Source: Negaprion brevirostris
Lineage: Eukaryota
Reading direction: 5' to 3'
Assembly (NCBI GenBank): GCA_030324005.1
Contig: JARDVH010000132.1
Location: forward strand, 73,930,919-73,994,918
Length of the DNA stretch: 64,000 bases
Within the stretch, counting starts at the first letter, position 1. The number at the start of each line of letters is the position of its first letter. Positions 50,361-62,275 of this stretch are shown piece after piece. A program made the translations under genes and the position numbers. The notes beneath the pieces were generated by a model. It was given only the letters and a program-made list of their open reading frames with translations, searched no databases and was not told the DNA's origin.

Positions 50361-51301
50361 TATCCTGGCAACAAGTATTTAAAAGAAGCTACTTTTAGAA
50401 CATGAACTAAATCTGCCACAGAAATGTTCAGGATGTAATTTTAAAATAATGGTCGCATATTAACTCTGCAAATGTAACAGAAAACTAAATATATATATAT
50501 AGTAAATTTTTGAATTTCTTTTAGGAAATACCATGAATTACAAGATATTTCAAAGAAAGGAAGAACCAATTTGTATTTGCATATGGTTTTTCACAATGTC
50601 AACAGGTCCTCAAAAGTTTCATAACTATTAATGTACTAAAGCGGAGTAATTTTATAATGTTGTAAATGCAGCAACTAATTCGTAAACAGCAAACTCTCAC
50701 AAACAGCCAGAAAATGCCCTAGAAATTAAGTTCGATTAGACCCTTTTTTCTCCATTTTCTCCTCCTCCCCTTGGACTTAACTAAAGGCCATAGCCAGCAA
50801 TGCAGCCAGGCCAAGCTGGAGAATCATAAGCAGGCAGCTTGCCTCCAGTAGTGAAAGAGATCTGCTACTGCTCAATTATTTTACAGTGAAGGCAATTTCA
50901 GATGCATCTCAGGCCATGGCTCCATGCCCGGAGCAGACCAAATATTTTGCTAAGAATTACTCAGCCACTCTGTTTTTGGCGATGTTGCTTGAGAGTTAAA
51001 TGTTGGTGNNNNNNNNNNNNNNNTAGGGCATTGCTTTAATATCTCAGCTGAAAGGTGGCACCTCTGAGAGCATAGCATTCCTTAGTACCGTTCAGAAGTG
51101 CCAGCCTGCATTATGTGTTCAAGTCTCAATTCCATCATTCAACATTTTTATTTGTGATTAGAAGTGCGGGATTAATTTTCCTGCACTTCTAATCACCATA
51201 TTCCATTAACCTCTTCTTCACTCCCTAAATCCCTAATCTCCCTTTGCCGATCAGGTGTCCTGTTTCTTTTTACTATAGATGTGCTGTCAGTGGAAACCCA
51301 C

Positions 51302-51471
51302 CTCCTCTGGCTCAATGAGCTTGAACTCCATGCCACGGCCCGTCCATGCAATAAAGTGCGAGTTTGCTGGATCATCCAGCAGAGCCACTAGGAACTGCCA
51401 AAGCTGGAGAGAGCCTCTGCGCTGGTAAGTCGGTCCTTCCCGATATACGCCTGGCTCCTGTTTGATGTCAC
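51302..51471 (-). CDS. ETV1: ETV1 coding exon (170 nt): DIKQEPGVYREGPTYQRRGSLQLWQFLVALLDDPANSHFIAWTGRGMEFKLIEPEE, N-terminal part of the ETS domain
   Basis: ttctgtttccacag|GTGACATC...GAGGAG|gtgggt. Contains the ETS signature LQLWQFL...FIAWTG...FKL, an IKQE SUMO consensus and an RRGS PKA-type motif. Confidence 0.97.
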
Positions 51472-52724
51472 CTGTGGAAACAGAAGCCACCTTGTTGCAT
51501 TAACAAGATGAACCAGTCCAAGTTTCATGTTTTTCACAAATCAGCACTGGGTCTCAATCTGGATTGAAACAGTCAAGCCTTGTTCTCCTGCCTGGCCTCC
51601 TATTTTGCACGCTCCAAGCACTTGAACATATTTACAACTCATAAGTTTGTGTTCTAACTCGCACCAAGAATGGCTCAGCCAACACTCCTGAACTTATTGA
51701 CCTTCACTAGTTCCCAGTGCAATGACCCCCTGATTTCAAATCTGTCCATGACTTTGTCCCTTTCCATTTCTGTATCCTCTCCACTAAACAACCCTCTGTG
51801 ATTTCTACACTCCTCCAATTCTAGTCTCTTGCACCTCTGTGATTGTCACCACTCTGTTAATGGCTGTGCCTTCAGCTGCCCAGGTCCTCTCTAAAACCCT
51901 CCACCTCTCTCCTTCTTTAAAATTCTGCTTAAGACCCATAACTGACCAAGCCTTTGGTCCCTTGCCTTACAATGTGGCTTATTATCAAATTTGTCTGTTA
52001 AGGCCTGTGTGGCATGTGACAAAGTTAACAGTGCTATATAAATACAAATTGCTGTATACTGCCATTGTTCCTCGAAGATTTGATTTCAAAACTTAAGAGA
52101 CGAAAGCGTCTTTGTGGCAGCTGCAGAGGGTGTAAACTGACTTTTCATTGGATGCGTATCCACACCGTAAAACTGTCTATAATTACAAGCTGGATTAACC
52201 TAAATTGGAAAAGACTTATGGTGACTGACAATGGAACACTGGAAAGGTTGGAGTGGGACAGTATTAAAGAGTGCAGAAAAAATGCCTAGCAAGAGCTTTG
52301 CTCTGCATCTAATTCCTATGGCATTATCACTAACTTCAGAATGTTTGATTTTAAAGTTAGATGAAAAGGTTACACAGAAATTTAACATAGAAAGATCCAT
52401 GCAGTGACACATGTGTTTGGACACACACATGCATTCACAAACATATGCAACACTACCAAAATTCTCAAGGGACTCGAAAGGCCCCTTAACCTTTAACTTG
52501 TATGAGGAAACTTTTACCACAGATTATTTCAATGGATGTATTCTTGGTGTTGAGAGCAAATCTATCAGGAAACCTATCAGCTAAATATTTGCGAATTCAG
52601 CCAGATAACAAAATGCATAAATTTACATATAATTTTTTTATATACACATCTGCAGCCAATTATATGACTATTATCTGGGACAGCTTGTTGCATGACCATT
52701 ATAGCATCAAAATCTCAACTCATA

Positions 52725-54078
52725 AAAATAAGGATGAATCCAACCCGGCCAATTATTGCCCCATCAGTCTACCCTGGATCCTCAGCAAAATGATGAAAGG
52801 TGTCATCAATGATGCTACCAAGCAGCACTTGCTCAATGATAACCTTTACATTGATGCTCAGTTTGGGTTCCACCAGGGCCACTGAACTTCTGACCCCATT
52901 ATAGCATTGGTTGCAACGAGGTCAGAAGCATGAACAAAAGAGCTGAACTCCAGAGGTGAAGTGAGAGTAACTGCTCTTGACATCAAAATAACATCTGGCC
53001 AAATGCGGCATCAAGGAGCTTTAGAAAAACTGAAGTCAATGGGGAAATCTCTCCACTGGTTGGAGTCATACCTGGTGCAAAATAAGATGTTATGGTGGCT
53101 GGAGGTCAATCATTTTAGTCCAGGGATACTGTTCCAGTTTGGGTCCTGTCCGAGGGCCCGATATCACCAGCTGCTTCATCAGGGACCTTCACTCCATCAC
53201 AAGGTCAGAAGTGGCAACGTTCACAGATGATTGCCCAATGAGCAGCAACATTTGCATTGCCTCAGACATGGAGGTAGCCCACGTTCAAATACAGCAAGAC
53301 CTGGACAATATTCAGGCTTGGCTGACAAATGGCAATTAACATTTGTGTCACATAAGTTTCAGGCAATCAGCAACCCCGACAAGGCGGAATTTAACCATCT
53401 CATCTTGACACTCAATAGCATTACCATCACTGAATTCCCCACTATCAACATTCTGAGGATTACTATTGACCAGAAACCGAACTTGACCAGTCACATGAAT
53501 ACTGTGGCTACAAGAGAAATCCTGAGATGAGTAACTCACCTCCTGACCCTTCAAAGCCTGCACATTATCTACAACTGTCAAGTCAGAATGTGGTAGAGTA
53601 CTCTCCACTTGCCTGGATAAGTGCAGCGTCAACAGATCAAGAAGCCTGACACCATCCAGAACATAGCAGCCCGCTTGATTTGGCACCCCATCCACCATTT
53701 TAGACACCCTCCACCACTAATACACAGTGTGTGTCATCTACAAAATGCACTGCAGCAAGTCAGCAAGGCCGCTTTTACAGAACCTTCCAAATCACAATTT
53801 CTATCACCTAGAAAGACAAAAACATCAGATGCATGGGAACATTACCACTTGCAAGTTCCCCTCCAAGTTACACTCCATCCTGACTTGGAACTATATTGAT
53901 GTTCCTTCATTACTGCTGGGTCAAAACCCAGGAGCTCCCTTCATAACAGCCCTGTGGCTGTTCCTATAACACATGGACAGCAGTGATTCGAGAAGGCAGC
54001 TTATCACCACCTTCTCAAAGGCAGTTAGGAATGAATAAACGCTGACATAGCGAGCAATATCAACAATCCAAGAACAAA
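52725..54078 (+). mobile_element. 5'-truncated copy of the same LINE family: RT domain + 3' tail
   Basis: RT motifs SNPANYCPISL, QFGFHQGH, RVTALDIK, GPDITSCFIRDL, TFTDD and QQDLDNIQAW. The 3' part aligns to 16060-16410, including the tail ctcaaaggcagttaggaatg-aataaa. Confidence 0.85.
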
Positions 54079-54574
54079 TTTTTGAAAAGCCTACAAATTT
54101 CATTTTGGAATCACATTGTTGATTTTACTATATTCGAAGGTGCTGGTTTGGGAGTAATTTTACAAGGCTTTTCTTCCAATAGAAAGTCTGCCTGGTAGCA
54201 AGGAAAAGCAGAATTGAAGATGTGGCTGGACCACTGGCGCTCCCATTCCCTGGAAAGGAAGGTTCCGTGCTGAGAATGGATTACCCACAATTCTGCACAC
54301 ATTCAGGGAATTCACAATTTGCCACATTGCTTGTTTGCGTCAGACCCTCTTTTTCGAGAGAGCACTGGACAGTTAATACTAAAAACAAGGCATATTTTGT
54401 CACTTAACTGGGGTTCACTCCAAGACTTGAAGCACTGAAGCTAAGCTGTGAAATTGTGATTTGTGAACACTTAATTGAAGGCATCCTTAAATTTTCCATT
54501 GAGCTAGGTTAGCACATAACTTCTGAGTGTAAAATAAGAGAAATTCAAATTTCAGCTGATGCATTAAGAGTTTA

Positions 54575-56410
54575 TGAGGCGATTCGCCGCGCTCGCTGTG
54601 CCATCAGTAGATTGCACCGGTTCTGGAGAAGACTGTCCAGGCCTAAAAATCCATTTTGTATCCAGTGCCAAACTGTCTGAGATTCTCTCAGCCGTTCACT
54701 AATGGCACAAACAGGATCACATCCTGAAAGGGCGAGGGTCTGATCAGCATATTTAAAATAATACTTAAATATGCAAAGCCTGTTCAAATCGCAACACATG
54801 GAATTTACCGGTCTTCGGATGCAGCATGGTAACAGCAAGAATCACTACTTGGTCTCCACTAACGGACAGCTGGCATGATGGTAATGGCTGGGCAGTGCCT
54901 ATCAGGCAGTGCCCACCTGGCACACTGGCGGTGCCCGACTGTGGCCACTGGAGAGCCTGGCAGTGGACATCGGACAGCCCAGTGGTGCCAATTAGGCACT
55001 AGTATTCTCGGCTTGTGCCATGTGGGTGGGGTCTGAGGGGGGCCATGATCATCAGATGCTGGGGTTGGGGAGTCCTTGAGTGCCTGCAGGCCATTCAATG
55101 CAGAGGGATGATAATGCTTCTGTTCCGACAGACCAGAGGAATGTTCTGTGATTCTCATCAGAGATACTGCTTGTGCCTGAGTCCTATTTGTCTGTTGCCA
55201 GCATGCTGACTTCTCAATTCATACTTGAATGAGGTTCTGCACTACATTCCTCTGTCATGGTACTCTAGAGAGGGATTAGGGGCAAGGGTCAAGGTTTCAC
55301 TGCGTTATGCCTCAGTCCTATCACTGTGAATGAAACATTCACACAGAGAGGGCCTAACTGTGTCGCGGCATGGAGGCCCTGTGAGAACAGTTGAGTTCTG
55401 ATGGGGAGATGCACCATGCCATTGGGAAGAGGGTTAAAGATTCTGAGACATTAAAGTGGAGAGCAACAGTAATATGTTGAAGATTTACAAGTGGCAATGT
55501 CCCTCAACCATTGGTGCCTAACTTCACCCATTGCCACCCTCTACCTGACAATTCCTTAGTCTTCCATAGCCTTCTGCTGTGTTTAGGTGGGTCCCCANNN
55601 NNNNNNNNNNNNNNNNNNNNNNNNNNNNNNNNNNNNNNNNNNNNNNNNNNNNNNNNNNNNNNNNNNNNNNNNNNNNNNNNNNNNNNNNNNNNNNNNNGGT
55701 TCTAGGGGGTCATCACGTAGACAGTATTGATGGGGGGGCATGTGGGGTTCTTGAGGAGGGAGCAGAGGGGTTGGGCTTGGGGATACTAGCAAACATGTCA
55801 GGGAAGGAGAACATGCCGCCGATGGGGAGGTGGGGTGAAGGGGGGAGAAGGGGTCCCTGACGTCCATGAGGTGAGGTAGAGGGGTCTACCAGTGCACTCT
55901 GAGATTGGGGTGCCATGTGAAATGGTGCCCAAGTTCTCTGAAGTTGGACTCACTGGCATGTTTAGGCCCTGCCCACCCAGCACTGGCGCAAAACTCCCAA
56001 CTCTCCATAAAAGTGACTGTGGGGAGGATTGCAGTGCAGAGCGTGCCTGAGAGGACTGCACAGATTACTCCATTATTCTCCTCCAAGGACTTCTGGGGAC
56101 AATTCTTGGAAATCCGGAGATAGAGGAATGGTTACTGATTGGTGCTGGGGATGGGTGGGAAAAGTTAGCAAGTGGGACTGGGGGCAGCCATTAATTGGCA
56201 AGTGGTCATCCTAATCTCCGAGGATTGCTGTAAAAGGCACCCAAGCTGTGGAGCCTGCATCTCCCACCTCAATTGCGTTTTGCGAGCCATTGGAAACCCG
56301 CAGTCAACCGTGAATTTTAAATTCGGTTCCCAATGGAACTGCGAGAACCTGATTTAAATATGCTAATGAAGCATCGCACATCTTCATGGATGACCTGGCA
56401 TCAAGAATCT
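54575..56410. mobile_element. Decayed GC-rich Harbinger-derived element
   Basis: Contains gggcagtgcc/tggcac repeats and tttaaatatgc subterminal motifs at both ends, as in the other Harbinger derivatives here. Confidence 0.4.
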
Positions 56411-57858
56411 TGGGCATTTGGCTATATTAAAGGCTATATTAAGCAAGTCGCTGTTGCGATCTGCAGTGATATAGGATTGGCATACTGGGTATGCCTTCCC
56501 TATATTTAACTGTGCAACATTAGCCTAACACTCCTGAGGCCTTTGAGAGGAGGTTTAATATCAAGGCCATTATTGGTTAAAATGCCACTATTTCATGAAA
56601 ACATCATTAACCCTTTCTTTCCCTTGAGATGCTGGCTGACCTGATATTCTGATCTAAATTTCAATATTTTCTGTATTATTTGCTTCTTATTGTTATTGAA
56701 TTCTATGTAGGATTTCATTAATGCTCATGTCAGTTCAATTTCTCCACAATCTCATCTACCCGAGAAAGTCAAAACTATTAGACAGGTGTACTGACAAAGA
56801 GAATGATGTACAGAAGCAAGCTATGTGGCCCTGTTAGTAACAGTCTGCCATAATGCTAGATAGATGCAAATGTCTAAATAGGAAATGGCCATCTTCCAAA
56901 GCAGTCTGATAAAAATCTTTAGGAGTGAGATTGAACTTGGATTGGCTGCCCATTAAATACCTTGTCCGATTTTTCTTTTGCATTGACTTCAGTACAGGAG
57001 ACTTAAGATGCCAAGCATATGACAGCAATATTATTAAGACAAGGNNNNNNNNNNNNNNNNNNNNNNNNNNNNNNNNNNNNNNNNNNNNNNNNNNNNNNNN
57101 NNNNNNNNNNNNNNNNNNNNNNNNNNNNNNNNNNNNNNNNNNNNNNNNNNNNNNNNNNNNNNNNNNNNNNNNNNNNNNNNNNNNNNNNNNNNNNNNNNNN
57201 NNNNNNNNNNNNNNNNNNNNNNNNNNNNNNNNNNNNNNNNNNNNNNNNNNNNNNNNNNNNNNNNNNNNNNNNNNNNNNNNNNNNNNNNNNNNNNNNNNNN
57301 NNNNNNNNNNNNNNNNNNNNNNNNNNNNNNNNNNNNNNNNNNNNNNNNNNNNNNNNNNNNNNNNNNNNNNNNNNNNNNNNNNNNNNNNNNNNNNNNNNNN
57401 NNNNNNNNNNNNNNNNNNNNNNNNNNNNNNNNNNNNNNNNNNNNNNNNNNNNNNNNNNNNNNNNNNNNNNNNNNNNNNNNNNNNNNNNNNNNNNNNNNNN
57501 NNNNNNNNNNNNNNNNNNNNNNNNNNNNNNNNNNNNNNNNNNNNNNNNNNNNNNNNNNNNNNNNNNNNNNNNNNNNNNNNNNNNNNNNNNNNNNNNNNNN
57601 NNNNNNNNNNNNNNNNNNNNNNNNNNNNNNNNNNNNNNNNNNNNNNNNNNNNNNNNNNNNNNNNNNNNNNNNNNNNNNNNNNNNNNNNNNNNNNNNNNNN
57701 NNNNNNNNNNNNNNNNNNNNNNNNNNNNNNNNNNNNNNNNNNNNNNNNNNNNNNNNNNNNNNNNNNNNNNNNNNNNNNNNNNNNNNNNNNNNNNNNNNNN
57801 NNNNNNNNNNNNNNNNNNNNNNNNNNNNNNNNNNNNNNNNNNNNNNNNNNNNNNNNNA

Positions 57859-57910
57859 GTGTTAATATAAGCCTACTTGTGACTAGTAAATAAACTTTAA
57901 CTTTAAACTT
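57859..57910 (+). mobile_element. Type-ii SINE tail emerging from a gap
   Basis: gtgttaatataagcctacttgtgactagtaaataaactttaactttaaacttt, matching 23800-23844. Confidence 0.75.
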
Positions 57911-59261
57911 TTCTATGATGTTTCAAAAGACTGGCATTACGCTATGAATGATAATAATAAGCGGTGGAGTACTTATTGTTTGATAGGCTCTTCTATAGGC
58001 ATTGAGGACACCTTTAGGAAAGCTGTTGTTTGCTGCAGTGGAGTTGAGTTTCATTTTATTTGTCCCTTTAAATGTCTAACTGTCGAGGACAGAAATTTAA
58101 CCTTTATTTTTGCAGGATTATCTTATAAATTTGGAGGAAGATCCACAGAAATCCAAGAGAAAGAGCAGATGAACCCCCAACAAGAGATGCAAGTATTTAT
58201 TTTATACCGGCTCCATTGTTCCCTGTGTGGAAGTTCTGTGATAAGGCAAATTTTGAGATGAAGTGTTTCCGACAAAGATGCTGCTTGTCATTGATAAAGC
58301 TGTTTATTTGTGATTTGTTGCTGTTTTTTGAAGATAATGTTTGAGCCAATTAGTTAGAAGTGTTACGTATAGTTTGCATATGTGATACTTTCAACTGTGA
58401 CTCTTCAAGAAATGATAGGTGTGAAAGATGGATGGATTTTTGCCATATTTCCATAGAAGTGTACAGTCACATATGGATGCATAGGATCTACATTTGTGGA
58501 AATCCTGTAAAAGGAGCCAAAAACTCTTGCAGACTAAATATGTTATTCCCAAAATAACATATTTTCAAAAGCATTTCATGACAGAATAGATTTTTACTAC
58601 AACGGAAAATTGTAATTTTGGGAATAGTACTGCAAATTATTCACCCTTCTCAACATTATCCTTTCTTTTTGAAAACTGGCAACAACAACTAGCCCTCAAA
58701 TAAATCCATGTCTCCCCATTCTCACTAGCTACTGCCAATGTCCAAACTCCTTCTCAAAGTCTCTCATTGTGCTGTCATCTCCCACATCCAAGCCAAATTT
58801 TCTTGCAATTCCATTTGATTCACACCAATCAAGTTTTCTCCCATTCCATGGGACTGAAATGCTCCTAGCCAAAATCTCTAGACCATTTTGTTCTCCTTTT
58901 GCTATACAGCTGTCAATAGCTGCTTTTTCGAACATCAAAGTGCCCCGCGGGGGAACCACCTCCCTCCACCCACTCCATTACTCTCTCTGCCTTCATGATG
59001 ATCTTTCAAATCATTTGATCAGCCCATATAAATCTTTTGTAGGTTTGGCTTCCATTTCTCCTTGCTCCTTCAGGATACAGCTGGAGCTATTTTCTAATGT
59101 TAAAAGTGCAATATAATTAGGTTGAGTTTTCCCGCAGGTGTTGGGATGCCAACATTTGGGACCATATATGGGTCCGAAGTCCAGTGTGTGCACTGAAGCA
59201 ACTGTATGGAAGACAGTTTTCTTAATTACCACCTCTGCATTTGCCATTTAATTAAGAATTA

Positions 59262-59545
59262 TTCAATGAATAAATCTTGAATTAAAGCTAATCTCAGTAA
59301 AGGTGACCATGAAACCAATATCAATCATTGTAAAAACCCATCTGGTTCACTAACATGTTTCAGGGAAGGAAATCTGCCGTCCTCACCCGGTCTGGCCTAC
59401 ATGTGACCCTTGACCCACAGCAAAGTGGTTGACCCTTAACTGGCTTCGAAGTGGCCTAGCAAGCCACTCAGCTCAATTTGCAATGGGCACAAATGTTGGA
59501 TCAGCCAGCGCTACCTACATCCCATAAAAGAATGAAGATAAAAAG
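59262..59545 (+). mobile_element. Short non-autonomous derivative of the tRNA-headed LINE (5' body joined directly to the 3' tail)
   Basis: aaaacccatctggttcactaa...agggaagg...ggtctggcctacatgtgac...tggcctagcaag aligns to 14850-14970 and is followed immediately by the tail atgggcacaaatgttgg...gccagc...acatccc + A-rich end. Confidence 0.75.
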
Positions 59546-59644
59546 AGGTGGAGAGGGAAGCGGAGGCTAGCAGCACTGCCCAGAGAGCAGTATCACTGGG
59601 AGAGTAGAATCCTGCTAGAAGAAAGGGAGATGGCATATTAGGAG

Positions 59645-59967
59645 GTGGCATGGTGGCACAGTGGTTAGCACTGCTGCCTCAAAGCTCCAGGGACCCTGGT
59701 TCAATTCTGGCCTCGGGTGACTATGTGGAGTTTTCACATCCTCCCCATGTCTGCATGGGTTTCCTCCAGATGCTCCGGTTTCCTCCCACAGTCCAAAGAT
59801 GTGCAGGTTAGGTTGATTGGCCATGATAAATTGTCCCTTAATGTCAGGGGAGTTAGGAGAGTAAATACGTGGGGTTATGGGGATGGAACCTGTGTGGGAT
59901 TGATGTGAATGCGGGGTCAATGAGCCAAATGGCTCACTTCTGCACTGTAGATTCTATGACTCTATGA
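59645..59967 (+). mobile_element. HE1 V-SINE
   Basis: ggtggcacagtggttagcactgctgcctca...ctccggtttcctcccacagtccaaagatgtgcaggttagg...ttctgcactgtagattctatga. Confidence 0.9.
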
Positions 59968-61396
59968 GACTGAGGGGGCATCTCAAAATGAGGGCACTCA
60001 AAAAGACTCCCTTTTCAATGGTGAAAAAGATGAACCTATGAGGGGCCTCAGGGTAGAGAGTTGGTCCCTCCAAAAGAGTGCCTCTCCTGGATGATCTTTA
60101 TGAGAACTGTGAACCTCTAATGCTGTTAATTATCTCAGTCACCTGTGATCCATCCCGATTTCCTGGCCAGAAGCCACCTCTGCAGCTTTACTGGGCTCCT
60201 GACACAACAAAAGAGGGGGGAGGGGGTTGCTGTGAGACAGCAGGAAATTTGTCATACTGGAGAAAATGACCTGTGATTGAGGCTTCAATTGGTTTTGGTG
60301 CCTGCCCACCTTGGTGGTGGGCTGCCGATTCCTGTGGCAACTTGCCCCTGGGAAAATCAGCTGGAGGTGGGACTGAATGGGGAGCTGTCCCAACAGGTTT
60401 TCCCACTGCTTTTCCCGGCACCCCCCTCTTCAAACCAACTCCTCAGGGTTGGGAAATTGACACAGTTTACCTCACAGAAAAATATAACCTGGCACCTATG
60501 AATGATACTTCAAATCAAAAATTAAACAATTGATATGTTTTGATCAATGTCAGCCCTAACAATGGGAGTTTGCCATTTGAAGAATAGAGCAGTGAGAGTA
60601 GAAGAACAAGGAAATTGNNNNNNNNNNNNNNNNNNNNNNNNNNNNNNNNNNNNNNNNNNNNNNNNNNNNNNNNNNNNNNNNNNNNNNNNNNNNNNNNNNN
60701 NNNNNNNNNNNNNNNNNAAATTGGGCCTGGCAAACTGTCGCTGCAGAATTCATCAGAAAATAACTTGTTTCCATCTCTCAAAATCATTTGATATGTACTG
60801 GGTTAAAATACTTCAATTGTATTTGAAACAGCAGATTGCTGACCTTCCTCGAGTATTCACACAGCAAAGCGAGGGTGTTTATTACTGGATTTTCTCAATT
60901 TTTTTAATGTCACATGTTTAAGAACTTGTAAATGCAAGCTTGTGAATTGCTGCTAACAAGATTCCATTCTGAAAGCTTCTGTTAGCCATTTATACTCAAT
61001 AATATTGCCATTTGTAAAATTCCCTTCCCTCATACAGAAAGGAAACAGTTCCCTTGTGCAGACTGAACGAACAAATAAGCAGACACAATTTTTGGAAATT
61101 TCCTGAGGCAACTACCCTTGATTAGCAGCCATAACTGCAGTGGAAGACCAATGGAGACTATTGTACATCGATCGGAGTTCCTACCAAACTTCTACTACTT
61201 GCTCAATAAAGCAACTTGGGCCATCTGGAGTAAAATATGTCTTGCAATGTGACAGGTACTCATAGTACTTGAATACATTTCAATTTTCCTAGGTTTTCAA
61301 TCTTTGTCCCAACACAGACCAATTTGACTTTAGAATCTGTGCTCGTCCCAAACTCCAGTTTATGACATAGTAGGATTAAAATGGAGATTCACTTAC

Positions 61397-61465
61397 TGTC
61401 AAACTTTTCAGGAACTACACAGGTGTCGTCGTAAAAATGCCTAGGACCTTTTTCATACATGCAAC
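61397..61465 (-). CDS. ETV1: ETV1 internal coding exon (69 nt): (G)CMYEKGPRHFYDDTCVVPEKFD(S)
   Basis: Minus strand reads tttctgtttccccag|GTTGCATGTATGAA...AAGTTTGACA|gtaagt. The peptide matches PEA3-family FYDDTCVVPEKF. It ends in phase 1 and joins the next exon in frame. Not in the ORF track. Confidence 0.95.
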
Positions 61466-61762
61466 CTGGGGAAACAGAAAAAAATAGAGGGGAATTATTA
61501 CAGGCTGATACCTTTGCAGTGACATATTGCTTTTAGTTTCAAAGAGACATCAGGGTACATGCCTTCTCCCAGTGCTGGGTAGCAGTCCAGATGAAGCAAG
61601 CCTGACAGCCTCCTGGTAGCCTCCGTGTTATGAGAGCCACATCTGCATTGACTACAGATTCATCGTCATTTCCACCTTACTGTAGACACACGTCCCAATT
61701 ATTACTGTTGTCCGACATTACAATGTGGGATAGTGCCTTCAAATATTGGCAAAATCACCATG

Positions 61763-62275
61763 GTAAGAATCTCACAACACCAGGTTAAAGTACAACAGGT
61801 TCACTAGGTATCACAAGCTTTCGGAGCACTGCTCCTTCATCAGGTGAGTGGGGTGTCGGGTTCACAAACAGGGCATATATAGACAAAGACTCAATTGCAA
61901 GATAATGATTGGNNNNNNNNNNNNNNNNNNNNNNNNNNNNNNNNNNNNNNNNNNNNNNNNNNNNNNNNNNNNNNNNNNNNNNNNNNNNNNNNNNNNNNNN
62001 NNNNNNNNNNNNNNNNNNNNNNNNNNNNNNNNNNNNNNNNNNNNNNNNNNNNNNNNNNNNNNNNNNNNNNNNNNNNNNNNNNNNNNNNNNNNNNNNNNNN
62101 NNNNNNNNNNNNNNNNNNNNNNNNNNNNNNNNNNNNNNNNNNNNNNNNNNNNNNNNNNNNCCTGTTTGTGAACCCAATTCTCCACTCACCTGATGAAGGA
62201 GCAGAGCTCCAAAAGCTCGCGCGACTAAATAAACCCGTTGGACTTAAACATGGTGTTGTGAGACTTCTTACTGTG
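61763..62275. mobile_element. Penelope-like element with inverted terminal copies around a gap
   Basis: 61763-61871 is the reverse complement of 62161-62271 (cctgtttgtgaaccc...cctgatgaaggagcag...ggtgttgtgaga.ttcttac). Confidence 0.8.
61811..61847 (-). ncRNA. Minimal hammerhead ribozyme motif, intact core, on the ETV1 sense strand
   Basis: UCAC-CUGAUGA-a-GGAGC-agu-GCUCC-GAAA-GCU-U-GUGA. Confidence 0.7.

Noticed and set aside
51472-51492. Upstream AG that could extend the ETS exon (ORF-track start MASVST)
   Set aside because: It would add 19 nt (frameshift) and lacks a polypyrimidine tract. The proximal acceptor gives the correct phase.
48839-57893. Very long ORFs composed mostly of X (48839-49737 and 56925-57893)
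   Set aside because: Artefacts of N-runs.
59645-59720. tRNA-like A/B-box sequences as tRNA genes (also 1211, 14546, 50039, 62560-62625)
   Set aside because: No complete cloverleaf. They are SINE or LINE heads, most followed by recognisable repeat bodies.
61030-61220. Possible LF-SINE-like ancient repeat near the exon
   Set aside because: Similarity from recall is limited to two short patches, which is insufficient to call.
62186-62222. Third hammerhead copy as a functional ribozyme
   Set aside because: The core GAAA is mutated to AAAA and stem I is weakened.
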